DNA of 35,549 bases from an uncultured bacterium (GTDB lineage Bacteria > Patescibacteriota > Minisyncoccia > Phycocordibacterales > UBA9973). A program made the position numbers and the translations under genes. Positions 17,327 through 26,594 of this stretch are shown here, piece by piece. The DNA lies in contig CALBMC010000066.1 in assembly GCA_937895685.1 (NCBI GenBank), positions 1 to 35,549 on the forward strand. Reading direction: 5' to 3'. Each line of letters starts with the position of its first letter. The stretch's first letter is position 1. The notes under the pieces were generated by a model. That model was not told where the DNA came from and did not search any database. It worked only from the letters and a program-made list of their open reading frames with translations.

Positions 17327-17351
17327 AAAGCCTGGGGTAAATCCAGGCTTT
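17327..17351 (-). terminator. rho-independent terminator after the 292-aa membrane protein gene
   Basis: The 9-bp stem AAAGCCTGG/CCAGGCTTT has a 7-nt loop and a T-run on the minus strand. It lies 6 nt after the stop at 17357. Confidence 0.75.
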
Positions 17352-17356
17352 AAAGT

Positions 17357-18235
17357 TTACACTGCGGTTGGTGTAACATTTTTCTCTGGCCTATATATTA
17401 GCCACTGAAAAATAAAACCGAGCCCCACAGCTATTACAGAAACCTGCCATAAATCAAGTTCCGTATATATGTTATACATGACTATATAGCATATAGCCAT
17501 AATTGGGTAAAATATAATTCTTATGCTTCTTTCCAGTGGATAACTGCCGTTATTTCTAGAAATCATAAACAGATAAAACGCAGCGCATGCAACAAGCAAC
17601 AGCCATGTTATGGTGCGATATGTATAGAAAGGGGTCACATCACAAGTGGCAGCAAGCAAAAAAATAATAGTTAACAGGCCCAAGATAAATGATACTGCTA
17701 CGGGAAGATCGCTAAACGCTTCATCTGCATACCATTTTCTAAATGATAACATTGAGCATCCGGAAAAAAATAAAATGGACAAAAGAAAAATAAGATTTTC
17801 TGCCGCAAAGACATTTTTCACATTTGAAATATGCTTCCCGTAAATTTTTTTATTTTCTTTATCCATAAACAAATTTAGTTTAACTTCAGTATTTTTTGCT
17901 ACGAAACCGAAATTTAAAAACTTCCTTGTATCATAAACTTCTTTGTATTCTATAGCTCCGTTTTCATATAGATTGCCCATCTGAATATTATTCAAATACC
18001 AGTTTGAGTCTGAGAGAGTAAAACTCTCGACTGGATACTCAAATGAACGGCGTATAGTGCAATTATTGATCGAATCGCAGGTCTTCTGATCGATCTGGAT
18101 ATTGTGTATATACCAGATCTCATTTGCAACCCTTTTGGTTTCAACCCCGATCTCTTTCGTATCGCGAGCGACTTCTGCTTTCACAGAAGAAGATAATGCC
18201 AATATTGTCATGGCAAAGAACATGATTTTTTTCAT
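17357..18235 (-). CDS. hypothetical protein: signal peptide, extracytoplasmic domain of about 130 aa, then about 5 C-terminal TM helices
   Basis: The signal peptide is MKKIMFFAMTILALSSSVKA|EV. An internal duplicated motif is present (EIWYIHNIQIDQ / SNWYLNNIQMGN). I recognise no family. Confidence 0.6.
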   Translation of the reverse strand: MKKIMFFAMTILALSSSVKAEVARDTKEIGVETKRVANEIWYIHNIQIDQKTCDSINNCTIRRSFEYPVESFTLSDSNWYLNNIQMGNLYENGAIEYKEVYDTRKFLNFGFVAKNTEVKLNLFMDKENKKIYGKHISNVKNVFAAENLIFLLSILFFSGCSMLSFRKWYADEAFSDLPVAVSFILGLLTIIFLLAATCDVTPFYTYRTITWLLLVACAAFYLFMISRNNGSYPLERSIRIIFYPIMAICYIVMYNIYTELDLWQVSVIAVGLGFIFQWLIYRPEKNVTPTAV

Positions 18236-18290
18236 AGTAATCGTTTTTGTTTTCCGAAATACTACAATATTTTATTTTATTAGTCAATAT

Positions 18291-19730
18291 TTATTCTACT
18301 CTCAAAAATAGAGGTTTTTCTGGTTTTTTGTTTAGTTTGATTTGTGCTTTTAGATAAACATTTGTCTCAGGCATTATCGGATTCAACATTCGAGCGATTG
18401 TATATAGTTCCAAAACAAGTTCAGTTATTATTTGTTTACCTTTTTCTATATCAACCTTCACAACCTTGAAAGGTTCTTCTCTCTGTATTTTTTCATCGAG
18501 CGCTTGGATTCTTTTCCAAACAAAATCACATGCTTTTTGTATATCGTATTTTTCTAGGTAATCAAAGAATTCTTGCGGAATTGAATTCTCAGGAATCTCA
18601 GGACACTTTTCCAAATATTTTTCAGAAAGAGTAAGGATTCTTGAAGTTAAGTTCCCAAGTCCGTTTGCTAGCCCTGCATTATAAGAATCTTTAAATCGCT
18701 CTAGCGTAAAAGGAGAATCTTCGAAGCTAGACACTTCTTTCAAAAGGAAGAATCGGAGTGCATCTGTACCGTATTCACGAGCAATATCTTTTGGATCAAC
18801 TGTGTTTCCAAGACTCTTACTCATCTTTACTCCACCATCTGCTGTGATGTGACCATTTACAACTATTTTATGAGAGTTTGGTAGCCCTGCAGCCATAAGC
18901 ATCGCTTGCCACATAGCACCTTGAAAACGAGTATTGTCCTTACCACAATACTGAGTCGGTGTTCCATTTACCCAAAATTTTTCAAATGTTTCCATATCAG
19001 TAGGATATCCAACGTTTGCTATATAGTTCACAAGCGCATCGAACCAAACATACATAACATGATCCGGATTACCAGGTACTGCTATCCCCCATGGCATTTT
19101 TAATTTCAGTCTTGATATTGAAAAATCTTGAAGTCCACGCTCCACAAAAGCTTTTATCTCATTGAAACGAAATTCTGGAACAATAAAATCTTGATTTTTT
19201 TCATAAAAATCTAAAAGGGGTTTTTGGAAAGCGCTGTATTTGAAAAAATAGTTTTCCTCGTCTATCAGTTCGAGCTCCATGTTTGGGTGATCAGGACACT
19301 TACCATCTACGAGTTCAGAATCTGTTTTTTCACTCTCACAACCAACACAATACTTTGTCTGGTAGTTTTTTAGATATATGTATCCATTTTTTTCTACAAG
19401 CTTCCAGAACTCTTGAGCAGACTTTATGTGTCGCTCGTCGCTTGTGCGGATAAAATGGATTTTGTCACTTACGCCAAAAAGTTTTACAGACTCATAAAAT
19501 TTCTCGACATTTTGGTCTACAAAAGTTTTTACATCCATTCCATGCTCCTCAGCTTTTTTAAAAATCTTGCTTCCGTGCTCATCTGTTCCAGAGTTAAAAA
19601 ACACCTCCTCACCAATTAATTCGTGATACCTAGCAATGGCGTCTGCACGCACAAACTCGAGCGCGTGGCCCATATGAAGCTCCGCGTTAACATACGGCAA
19701 TGTTGTTGTTATATAGAAAGGTTTGGACAT
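18291..19730 (-). CDS. metG: methionyl-tRNA synthetase (short form, no C-terminal tRNA-binding domain)
   Basis: The HIGH-type motif is LHMGHALE, the KMSKS motif is VKMSKSLGN, and the Zn-knuckle region is YCVGCESE...DGKCPDH. Confidence 0.95.
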   Translation of the reverse strand: MSKPFYITTTLPYVNAELHMGHALEFVRADAIARYHELIGEEVFFNSGTDEHGSKIFKKAEEHGMDVKTFVDQNVEKFYESVKLFGVSDKIHFIRTSDERHIKSAQEFWKLVEKNGYIYLKNYQTKYCVGCESEKTDSELVDGKCPDHPNMELELIDEENYFFKYSAFQKPLLDFYEKNQDFIVPEFRFNEIKAFVERGLQDFSISRLKLKMPWGIAVPGNPDHVMYVWFDALVNYIANVGYPTDMETFEKFWVNGTPTQYCGKDNTRFQGAMWQAMLMAAGLPNSHKIVVNGHITADGGVKMSKSLGNTVDPKDIAREYGTDALRFFLLKEVSSFEDSPFTLERFKDSYNAGLANGLGNLTSRILTLSEKYLEKCPEIPENSIPQEFFDYLEKYDIQKACDFVWKRIQALDEKIQREEPFKVVKVDIEKGKQIITELVLELYTIARMLNPIMPETNVYLKAQIKLNKKPEKPLFLRVE

Positions 19731-19740
19731 CAGTGTATTG

Positions 19741-19749
19741 ATATTACCA
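19741..19749 (-). promoter_or_regulatory. extended -10 box (TGgTAATAT) 10 nt upstream of the metG ATG
   Basis: The minus strand reads ttcTGgTAATATcaatacactgATG, with no SD, implying a near-leaderless transcript. Confidence 0.35.
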
Positions 19750-19838
19750 GAAGTAGAATTAGAATAAAAATCAGTTATTTCCCTACTCGTCCCGTAGCAT
19801 CCTGAGCCTGTCGAAGGATTGCTATGGGATAAAATTGT

Positions 19839-20894
19839 TTAGACATTATCTCTCTCAGACTCTTTCTTCTTTTCAATATCTCCCATGTATTCCATCAAGA
19901 ATACCGCGACTGGGATTGCAATAATCAAACCCCAAAAGCCGGCCAATTTTGCTCCAATAAGAAGAGACAGGATTGCCACAAGTGGCGGCACTCCTGTTGC
20001 TCTTCTTACGATAAGTGGGCCAATAAGATAATTCTCTAGTTGTTGCAATATGATAAAGAATGCTCCAGTCACAAGCATTAGTGTAAGTCCGCCATCAAAG
20101 AAAGACAGTGTTACTGCTGGAATAATTGCGAGGATCAATCCATATGGAATAAGTTCAGAAACGGCGGCTACTAGAGCAAGAATAAAAGCATAGTCTACTC
20201 CAATAATTAGAAGACCGATGAATGTTAGAAATCCAATTATGAGACCCAGAACCATCTGCCCCTGAACCCAAAGAGAAATTTTTCTTTCAACTCTGTTCCA
20301 AAGATCAACAACATAAGCCTCTTTTTTAAGTGGTGTAACTATTTTAAGAAATTTCTCAATTCCCTTCTCTTCTACAGAAAGATAAAAAGATATTATAAAA
20401 ATAAGGATTAAGTTAACAACTCCTCCGAAGATGAAGCTAACAGTTCCAAAGAATGTTCCAGAAACTCCATCAAGAAATCCTTTTGCTCCAGCAACCAGCT
20501 CTGCAACCGGCGCACCTCCACTTACATCATTTATGGCATTCTTTGCATCTCCAACAGAATTGATTGATTGAATAATATTACTATCAGGGAAAAAATCAGA
20601 AACTGATTTTATTAAAGAAGAGACTTCGCCTGTAAGAACCGGGACAAGTGCATAAAATAGCCCCGCCAAAATTGCGACGCCTAAAGCATAGACCATCACG
20701 ACAGCTGCCGTTCTTGGGATTTTTAGCTTAGTTAATCGATTAGACGCTGACTCTACAAAAGAAGCAATAACAATAGCCGTTAGGAAAATAAGAACCACGT
20801 CCCAGAGGAAAACGAACAGATAAATCATTATCCCGAAGAAAAAGAAATTAAATATAGTCGATCGACTAAGTGTGATGTTTATCTTGTCTTGCAT
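19839..20894 (-). CDS. AI-2E family transporter (PerM/UPF0118-type permease)
   Basis: It has about 8 TM helices, a characteristic length, and the C-terminal pattern ELIPYGL...GVPPLVAILSLLIGAKLAGFWGLIIAIP. Confidence 0.85.
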   Translation of the reverse strand: MQDKINITLSRSTIFNFFFFGIMIYLFVFLWDVVLIFLTAIVIASFVESASNRLTKLKIPRTAAVVMVYALGVAILAGLFYALVPVLTGEVSSLIKSVSDFFPDSNIIQSINSVGDAKNAINDVSGGAPVAELVAGAKGFLDGVSGTFFGTVSFIFGGVVNLILIFIISFYLSVEEKGIEKFLKIVTPLKKEAYVVDLWNRVERKISLWVQGQMVLGLIIGFLTFIGLLIIGVDYAFILALVAAVSELIPYGLILAIIPAVTLSFFDGGLTLMLVTGAFFIILQQLENYLIGPLIVRRATGVPPLVAILSLLIGAKLAGFWGLIIAIPVAVFLMEYMGDIEKKKESERDNV

Positions 20895-20913
20895 ATTAAA
20901 ATATTAACACAGT

Positions 20914-22188
20914 TTAGTCCCTGAGACGAAGAACCTTTTTCAACTTAACTTCATCGTGTCCTGGGCCCACAACAGCTAGATTAAGGCCCTCTTCCCTAAA
21001 GATAAGCTTTGCCACGCTTTGAATATCCTTAGCTGACACCTTTCTTATCTTTTTCTCAATCTCTTCAGGGGTCAATATCTTCCCACGAAGAACTTCTGCC
21101 CCACCAAAATACATAGCAGCATCATCACTAGACTCAACAGACATTCCAAGAGTCCCCACTGCATATTCTTTTGCCTTATCTAATTCTTTTTTATCAACAA
21201 GTTCAACTGTTAGTTTTTTACATTCAACCAAGATCTCTCGCACAACTTCTTCAAGTCTTTTGGTATCAACTCCAGCATTTATTTCAAAAACCCCATGATC
21301 TGTATGAGTGTCGTTACCTGCAAGAATATAATAACAAACTCCCATTTCCTCACGCATTTTTACAAACAACCTTGAACTCATTCCTTTTCCTAAGATTGTA
21401 GCTAGCAGATGAATTGCCATATTCCTCTTGTCGTGTAAATCAAAAGATCGGAAACCAAGAGCGATGTGTGTTTGATCACTTGCCCTCTTTCTGTAGGCTA
21501 AAACTGATGCAGTCTGATTTTCTATTACCTTTTTCTTTCCTTGTTTTTTAGATTTTTTAATATCACCAAAATATTTATTAGCAAGGGAAAGAGCTTTTTC
21601 ACTTTTTACATCTCCCGCAATAACAACAACCGTTGCCTCTGGAACATAATGCTGATCTCGATATTTAACAAAATCTTTTCTTGAAAAAGACATGACTGTT
21701 TCTTTGCTTCCAATTATGTCCCAACCCGCAGGCTGATCTCCATAAAGAGTTGTATATAAAAGTTTTGGAGCCAGAGACTGCGGAGTGTCTTCATACATGT
21801 TTATTTCTTCAATTATCACACCCTTTTCCTTTGTTATTTCTTCTTCCGGCAGAGTTGAGTTTTTATAGATATCACTAATTATATCTACAAACTTCTCAAC
21901 ATGATCATTGCTTCCTTTTGCGTAATATCCTGTGCACTCAGAACCCGTAAAAGCATTAGAGATACTTCCAAGTGAATCAAGCTCATGAGATATATCTTTT
22001 GCGGTCTTTCTTTTCTCAGTTCCCTTGAAATACATATGCTCAAGAAAGTGAGAAAGCCCTGAAGTTTCCTTTGTCTCATACTTTGAACCAGCTTCTACAA
22101 GAGTTAGAACTGTGCAAGTTGGATTCCCCTTCATTGGCACAGAAATAACCCTTATCCCATTTTTGAGTTTGAATTTTTTGTATTGCAT
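20914..22188 (-). CDS. M16 (pitrilysin/insulinase) family zinc peptidase
   Basis: The inverted zinc motif HxxEH appears in GLSHFLEHMYFKGT. The two-domain length is 424 aa. Confidence 0.9.
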   Translation of the reverse strand: MQYKKFKLKNGIRVISVPMKGNPTCTVLTLVEAGSKYETKETSGLSHFLEHMYFKGTEKRKTAKDISHELDSLGSISNAFTGSECTGYYAKGSNDHVEKFVDIISDIYKNSTLPEEEITKEKGVIIEEINMYEDTPQSLAPKLLYTTLYGDQPAGWDIIGSKETVMSFSRKDFVKYRDQHYVPEATVVVIAGDVKSEKALSLANKYFGDIKKSKKQGKKKVIENQTASVLAYRKRASDQTHIALGFRSFDLHDKRNMAIHLLATILGKGMSSRLFVKMREEMGVCYYILAGNDTHTDHGVFEINAGVDTKRLEEVVREILVECKKLTVELVDKKELDKAKEYAVGTLGMSVESSDDAAMYFGGAEVLRGKILTPEEIEKKIRKVSAKDIQSVAKLIFREEGLNLAVVGPGHDEVKLKKVLRLRD

Positions 22189-23493
22189 TTAGTTTATTTT
22201 TGAATTTAAGTAAGAAGAAAGGTTTTCAATTTTTATTCTCTCTTGAGAACCTGTATCACGGTCTCGAACAGTCACTTCCCCATCCTCCAGTGTTTCGAAG
22301 TCTACAACGATACAAAACGGTGTTCCAATTTCATCTTGTCTTCTGTATCTTTTACCAATGTTTCCATTGTCGTCATAAGCTACATTTCCAAATTCTTTCT
22401 TTAAGCTTACAAATATTTCTCTAGCCTTTGAAACAAGTTCTGGTTTATTTTTCAATAGTGGCGACACGGCACAAAGAATTGGAGCAATAGAAGGCTTGAA
22501 TTTCAGATACTCACGGACCTCTCCATTCATTTCGTCTTCCCTGTAGGCTGACAACATAAGAGCAAGAAAAGCTCGGTCTGCACCAAAAGAAGGCTCAATG
22601 CAATGAGGAATTATTTTCACTCCATTTTCTTCGTCTACGTAATCAAGTTTATGAGTTTTTAAATCGTAATCTGTTCTATAAGCCAAACCGAAAAGTTCTT
22701 TTCTTCCAAAAGGATAATCAAACTCGAAATCTATTGTCTTCTTTGAGTAAAAGGCTCTGTCTTCATCTGAAACTAGTAGTTCATGAGTTTTTTCTGGATC
22801 AATTCCAACTTCTTCAATCCACTCAGTCATCGCGTCTTTCCAAAAATCAAAATACTTTTCTCCATCTTCTGGTCGAACAAAATACTCTATTTCCATCTGC
22901 TCGAACTCACGTTGACGAAAAAGAAAATCTCTCGGAGTTATTTCATTGCGAAAAGCCTTTCCAATTTGAGCAATCCCAAAAGGAAGCTTCGGGTGATATG
23001 CATCTACTACATTTTTGAAATTAACAAATATTCCTTGAGCTGTTTCTGGACGAAGGTATGAGATCGCTGAAGAATCTTCGGACGCTCCAACTTTTGTCTG
23101 GAACATCATATTAAACTGTTTTGGTTCACCCAATTTGCCACCACAGTCAGCACACTTTTCTTTGTCTTCTATTTGGTCGGCACGAAATCTTTTTTTGCAT
23201 TTTTCACATTCAACCATCGGGTCAGCAAAATTGTCCACATGTCCTGTTGCTTGCCAAACCTCTTGTCGCATTAAAATAGCGGCACGAATACCAAACATGT
23301 TTTCTTGGTTTGAAACAAACTTTGTCCACCAAGATGTTTTTATATTATCGAGCAGTTCATTTCCCAAGTGTCCATAATCAAAAGCCCCTGCCAATCCCCC
23401 ATATATCTCAGATCCCTGAAACACGAAACCGCGTCTCTTGCACAGAGACACGATTTTTTCCATCACATTAGAATTTTCTTGATTTTCTTTCAT
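22189..23493 (-). CDS. glyQS: glycyl-tRNA synthetase (homodimeric class II GlyQS type)
   Basis: Matches include IVSLCKRRGFVFQGSEIYGG..GAFDYGHLG, YLRPETAQGIFVNF, FRNEITPR, SFGADR and the anticodon-binding tail. Confidence 0.95.
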   Translation of the reverse strand: MKENQENSNVMEKIVSLCKRRGFVFQGSEIYGGLAGAFDYGHLGNELLDNIKTSWWTKFVSNQENMFGIRAAILMRQEVWQATGHVDNFADPMVECEKCKKRFRADQIEDKEKCADCGGKLGEPKQFNMMFQTKVGASEDSSAISYLRPETAQGIFVNFKNVVDAYHPKLPFGIAQIGKAFRNEITPRDFLFRQREFEQMEIEYFVRPEDGEKYFDFWKDAMTEWIEEVGIDPEKTHELLVSDEDRAFYSKKTIDFEFDYPFGRKELFGLAYRTDYDLKTHKLDYVDEENGVKIIPHCIEPSFGADRAFLALMLSAYREDEMNGEVREYLKFKPSIAPILCAVSPLLKNKPELVSKAREIFVSLKKEFGNVAYDDNGNIGKRYRRQDEIGTPFCIVVDFETLEDGEVTVRDRDTGSQERIKIENLSSYLNSKIN

Positions 23494-23497
23494 ATCT

Positions 23498-25411
23498 TTA
23501 ATTTATTACTTTTCCTCCTGTATCGGCAACCCCACTATCAGTATACAAACTGGTTGTTAAGGCGTTTCTGGTTGCAGACAGGCTTTCTCCTGTAAACTTA
23601 TCCTTTCCAGTCAAAGTAGTCTTATTTATAACAGTCGGAGCAATTCCAACCTGAGAAACTGAAGGGATAAGACCCACCTGGAAGGATACGCTTCTGTGAC
23701 CTGAAGTATATCCTACACCTTTTTGGATATCTCCCAAATCCCACCTTATAGTTCTAGATAATTCATCAAAAGTTACATTTTCACTACCAGGAGAGACCTT
23801 CCCCTTCCAAGAAACATAGTTTGGTAAGGTTGCCTCAGCGACTCCACCACCGATTGTATTAGAAGAGTTAGCAACAGTCCAAGTAACAGTATATGTTGTC
23901 TCATTGTCTGCCTTCGGTGGGATTGGTCCAGTGTTTGTAAACGGACCCTCCTTGTGTGTTACCTCACCTGTTATAGAAAGATTTGAATTTACTTTTGCTC
24001 TAGCGGTTGTTGCATTTGAAACAGATTCACTTACTCCATCTGAAGAAGCTTTTGTTCCTTTCATTGAAATAGAAATAACTACTTCTGGGTTTGATATCAA
24101 CCCAACCCCAGGAGAATACTGTGGAAGTGGAGTGAAGTTAAACGACAAGGTTCCAGTCTCACCAGGTTCAACTGATTGGAATTTTGTGTAATTTGTAGAA
24201 TCCCAAACAATCGTGTTATCAAATGATCGGAAAAATCCACTGTTTACATCGATACTGTTTTTATCATATGCACTTCCTGAAATTGTTGCAGTTATTTCCG
24301 CTCCTATAATTCTGGTTGGTAAGTTATTTACCCACTCGATTTCAACTTCTGAATTATCACCTGATGGAACGGACACTGACTCACCAGAAGAACCATTTAT
24401 TTTTACAGTAGAGGCAAAGAAAGGTTTAACAATGTTGACTGTATGCAAATAAGAAGTAAGCGTAATAGCTAGAGTACTTGGATCACCCGGCTCTTCAATT
24501 CCAGTTTCAAAACGGAAAACCCTATCATCTCCATCTTCGCCAGACAAAGTTCCTTTTATTTCAATCTTTTTATTTGCTCCAGGAGGAATGTCCCCAAAAG
24601 ACCAAACATTGTCCCCCACGGTTGGTGTGATATCTGATGATTTATACAAGAAACCAAAAGGATAAGTCGCCTTAACAGAAAGATCTTCTATAACCTCTTC
24701 TGAATTTGAACTTACATCAACAACCAAGGTTATCTCTTGGTTGGAAGCTATTGTTTCAGGTCCTGTGACAGAGACTAGTATTGGAGCACTTCTAAGTGTC
24801 ACATCAAAAGTTGCCTCTTTTACGAAAATGGCGCTTGAATTCTTAACTCTATATTCAAGAGTTGCTTTGATTGTTTTGATACTTCCCTCTTCTCCAAAAA
24901 GCAAAACCTCACTTTCTTCTGTGACAGTATCCCGAGAAGGAACCTCTCCCAAAGAAATTCGCTCTCTGACTATCTCCTCACCTCCTACGCCAGCACCTTT
25001 CGGATAACTTATAATCAAATCAGCAAGCTCAAGAGGTAAACCATTTTTGTTTTTTATTTCCACCTGAATCGGAAGAGTCTCACCTCCTTCAGCAAAAGCG
25101 TTTCCAAAAATATTTATTTCTATGTTTTTGTCAGAAACAGTTGTTGTTCCTCTAAATATAGAAAGCCCGGCAACTAATAAAGCTAGTACGAAAAAACCAA
25201 CAGAAAATAAAAAGAATTTCTTTATGTGATGGTGTTTTACTTTTGACATAATATTTTTTGGCTCTTCTACTTCCTCTTTTATGTTCCAATTATCCTGAGT
25301 TTCTGGTTTTTTCTTTTCGTGCAATCCTTCAAATCCGTGTTTTTTCTGAGAAAAAATATTTGTATAAAGCTTTCTATTGGCCTTCTCAAGCCGATCAATA
25401 TCTTCTTTCAT
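23498..25411 (-). CDS. large hypothetical membrane-anchored protein (N-in, single TM, beta-sandwich-repeat ectodomain of about 540 aa)
   Basis: The TM segment is FFLFSVGFFVLALLVAGLSIF. It is followed by repetitive T/S/V/G-rich beta-strand sequence resembling Ig/CARDB-like modules. I cannot name a family. Confidence 0.7.
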   Translation of the reverse strand: MKEDIDRLEKANRKLYTNIFSQKKHGFEGLHEKKKPETQDNWNIKEEVEEPKNIMSKVKHHHIKKFFLFSVGFFVLALLVAGLSIFRGTTTVSDKNIEINIFGNAFAEGGETLPIQVEIKNKNGLPLELADLIISYPKGAGVGGEEIVRERISLGEVPSRDTVTEESEVLLFGEEGSIKTIKATLEYRVKNSSAIFVKEATFDVTLRSAPILVSVTGPETIASNQEITLVVDVSSNSEEVIEDLSVKATYPFGFLYKSSDITPTVGDNVWSFGDIPPGANKKIEIKGTLSGEDGDDRVFRFETGIEEPGDPSTLAITLTSYLHTVNIVKPFFASTVKINGSSGESVSVPSGDNSEVEIEWVNNLPTRIIGAEITATISGSAYDKNSIDVNSGFFRSFDNTIVWDSTNYTKFQSVEPGETGTLSFNFTPLPQYSPGVGLISNPEVVISISMKGTKASSDGVSESVSNATTARAKVNSNLSITGEVTHKEGPFTNTGPIPPKADNETTYTVTWTVANSSNTIGGGVAEATLPNYVSWKGKVSPGSENVTFDELSRTIRWDLGDIQKGVGYTSGHRSVSFQVGLIPSVSQVGIAPTVINKTTLTGKDKFTGESLSATRNALTTSLYTDSGVADTGGKVIN

Positions 25412-25432
25412 GAAAATAATTATAACACGAAG

Positions 25433-26008
25433 TTATAAATGGCTTTCGTATATTGCGTTTTTTATAGCTTCCAAAATCTTTTTTCTTGGCAAAGACAGAG
25501 GCGTATCCTCATTTACAGAATATTCGCTTGCAAGAATATCTTTAAATTCTAAATTATTAGCTATATAACCAAGCCTAAAAAGAGACCTGAGGTAAAAAAC
25601 CAATTCTATCTCACCAAGTTTTTCAGAAGAATGCCCCTTCTTTGTCGAAAAAAGGAGTGCTTCCAAATCAGAGTAAATTCCCTTTTCCTCTTTCTCCTTG
25701 TCTACCATTCTTTTTATAAAACGAAACGATTTGGAAACAACTCTGCGAGTTTCTTGATCTAAGATATTTATTCGGTCAACTGGTGTTGCTGAAATAATTC
25801 TCCAAACCTGTTTTCCTCTAACCAAGTCAACTTTTGAAATAGAGCCAATTTGAAGAGAGTATTTTAATTTTGACTTTGCACTACGAACACTCTTTGCAAC
25901 AGCACTTATCATCCCCAATTCTTTGGTAAAAAGCAAAATTGTCATGTCAGCTTCCCCAGTCGGGAAAGTGTCCAAAACTATAGAATTAGTGTGATAAATA
26001 TGATGCAT
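25433..26008 (-). CDS. recO: RecO-like DNA repair protein (short, lacking a zinc finger)
   Basis: The N-terminal OB pattern TNSIVLDTFPTGEADMTILLFTKELGMISAVAKSVRSAKSKLKYSLQ..S...V.LVRGK resembles the RecO N-terminal domain. The protein is 191 aa and contains no Cys. Confidence 0.6.
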   Translation of the reverse strand: MHHIYHTNSIVLDTFPTGEADMTILLFTKELGMISAVAKSVRSAKSKLKYSLQIGSISKVDLVRGKQVWRIISATPVDRINILDQETRRVVSKSFRFIKRMVDKEKEEKGIYSDLEALLFSTKKGHSSEKLGEIELVFYLRSLFRLGYIANNLEFKDILASEYSVNEDTPLSLPRKKILEAIKNAIYESHL

Positions 26009-26010
26009 AA

Positions 26011-26592
26011 TTATTCAATCATTTCCTTAAGTAATTGTGTCGCTTCCGGGAGATTTTCTATGTTGTCACTTTCAGTAAAATGGCCCATCTCGTGCATAAC
26101 CAAAGTTTTTGCCCCTAGTTTTTCTTCTAAAATATTTTTATTCTCTTCTACTGGAACATAGGGATCATCGTCAGAGAAAATAGCAGAAACTTTGTTTGTA
26201 TGTGTAGAAACTTTTGCAAAATCTATCGGGGTTTCGATCCAAGGTTTTGCAATTTCTGGATCCTCATCTTCATCTAGATTCTCTAGTGTAAGGTAAAACC
26301 AAGGTGCAATGAGCAAGACGCCTCCAACTTTTTTATCTGCTGGCAGAGTTTCAATAAATCGAATAACATTCTGACAACCGACACTGTGACCGACAAAATA
26401 CGTATCTTCATTTACCTCCCCTGTTGCTTCACCTAGTGCAAATACCCAGTCTTCTATTGTCGGAGTGTCCGGATGTGGCATAAGTGGCGCAATAACTTCG
26501 TATCCGGAAGATTGCATTTGTTCCCTTATCCATTTGAGCATCGGCTCATCTGGAGAACCAGACCAACCATGTGCGATGATTATTTTTTTCAT
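26011..26592 (-). CDS. alpha/beta serine hydrolase of the YdeN/RBBP9 type
   Basis: IIAHGWSGSP is present, with the nucleophile elbow GHSVG and the C-terminal HEMGHF. At about 190 aa it matches the typical length of that family. Confidence 0.8.
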   Translation of the reverse strand: MKKIIIAHGWSGSPDEPMLKWIREQMQSSGYEVIAPLMPHPDTPTIEDWVFALGEATGEVNEDTYFVGHSVGCQNVIRFIETLPADKKVGGVLLIAPWFYLTLENLDEDEDPEIAKPWIETPIDFAKVSTHTNKVSAIFSDDDPYVPVEENKNILEEKLGAKTLVMHEMGHFTESDNIENLPEATQLLKEMIE

Positions 26593-26594
26593 AT

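Noticed and set aside
19791-19828. A GC-rich 12-bp hairpin (CCCGTAGCATCC / GGATTGCTATGGG) between the AI-2E permease gene and metG, considered as a metG riboswitch or T-box.
   Set aside because: At 38 nt it is too short. It has no T-box or SAM-riboswitch core motifs, and it lies upstream of the predicted metG extended -10 promoter. It is most simply a 3' end or terminator structure of the permease transcript, although it lacks a U-tract.
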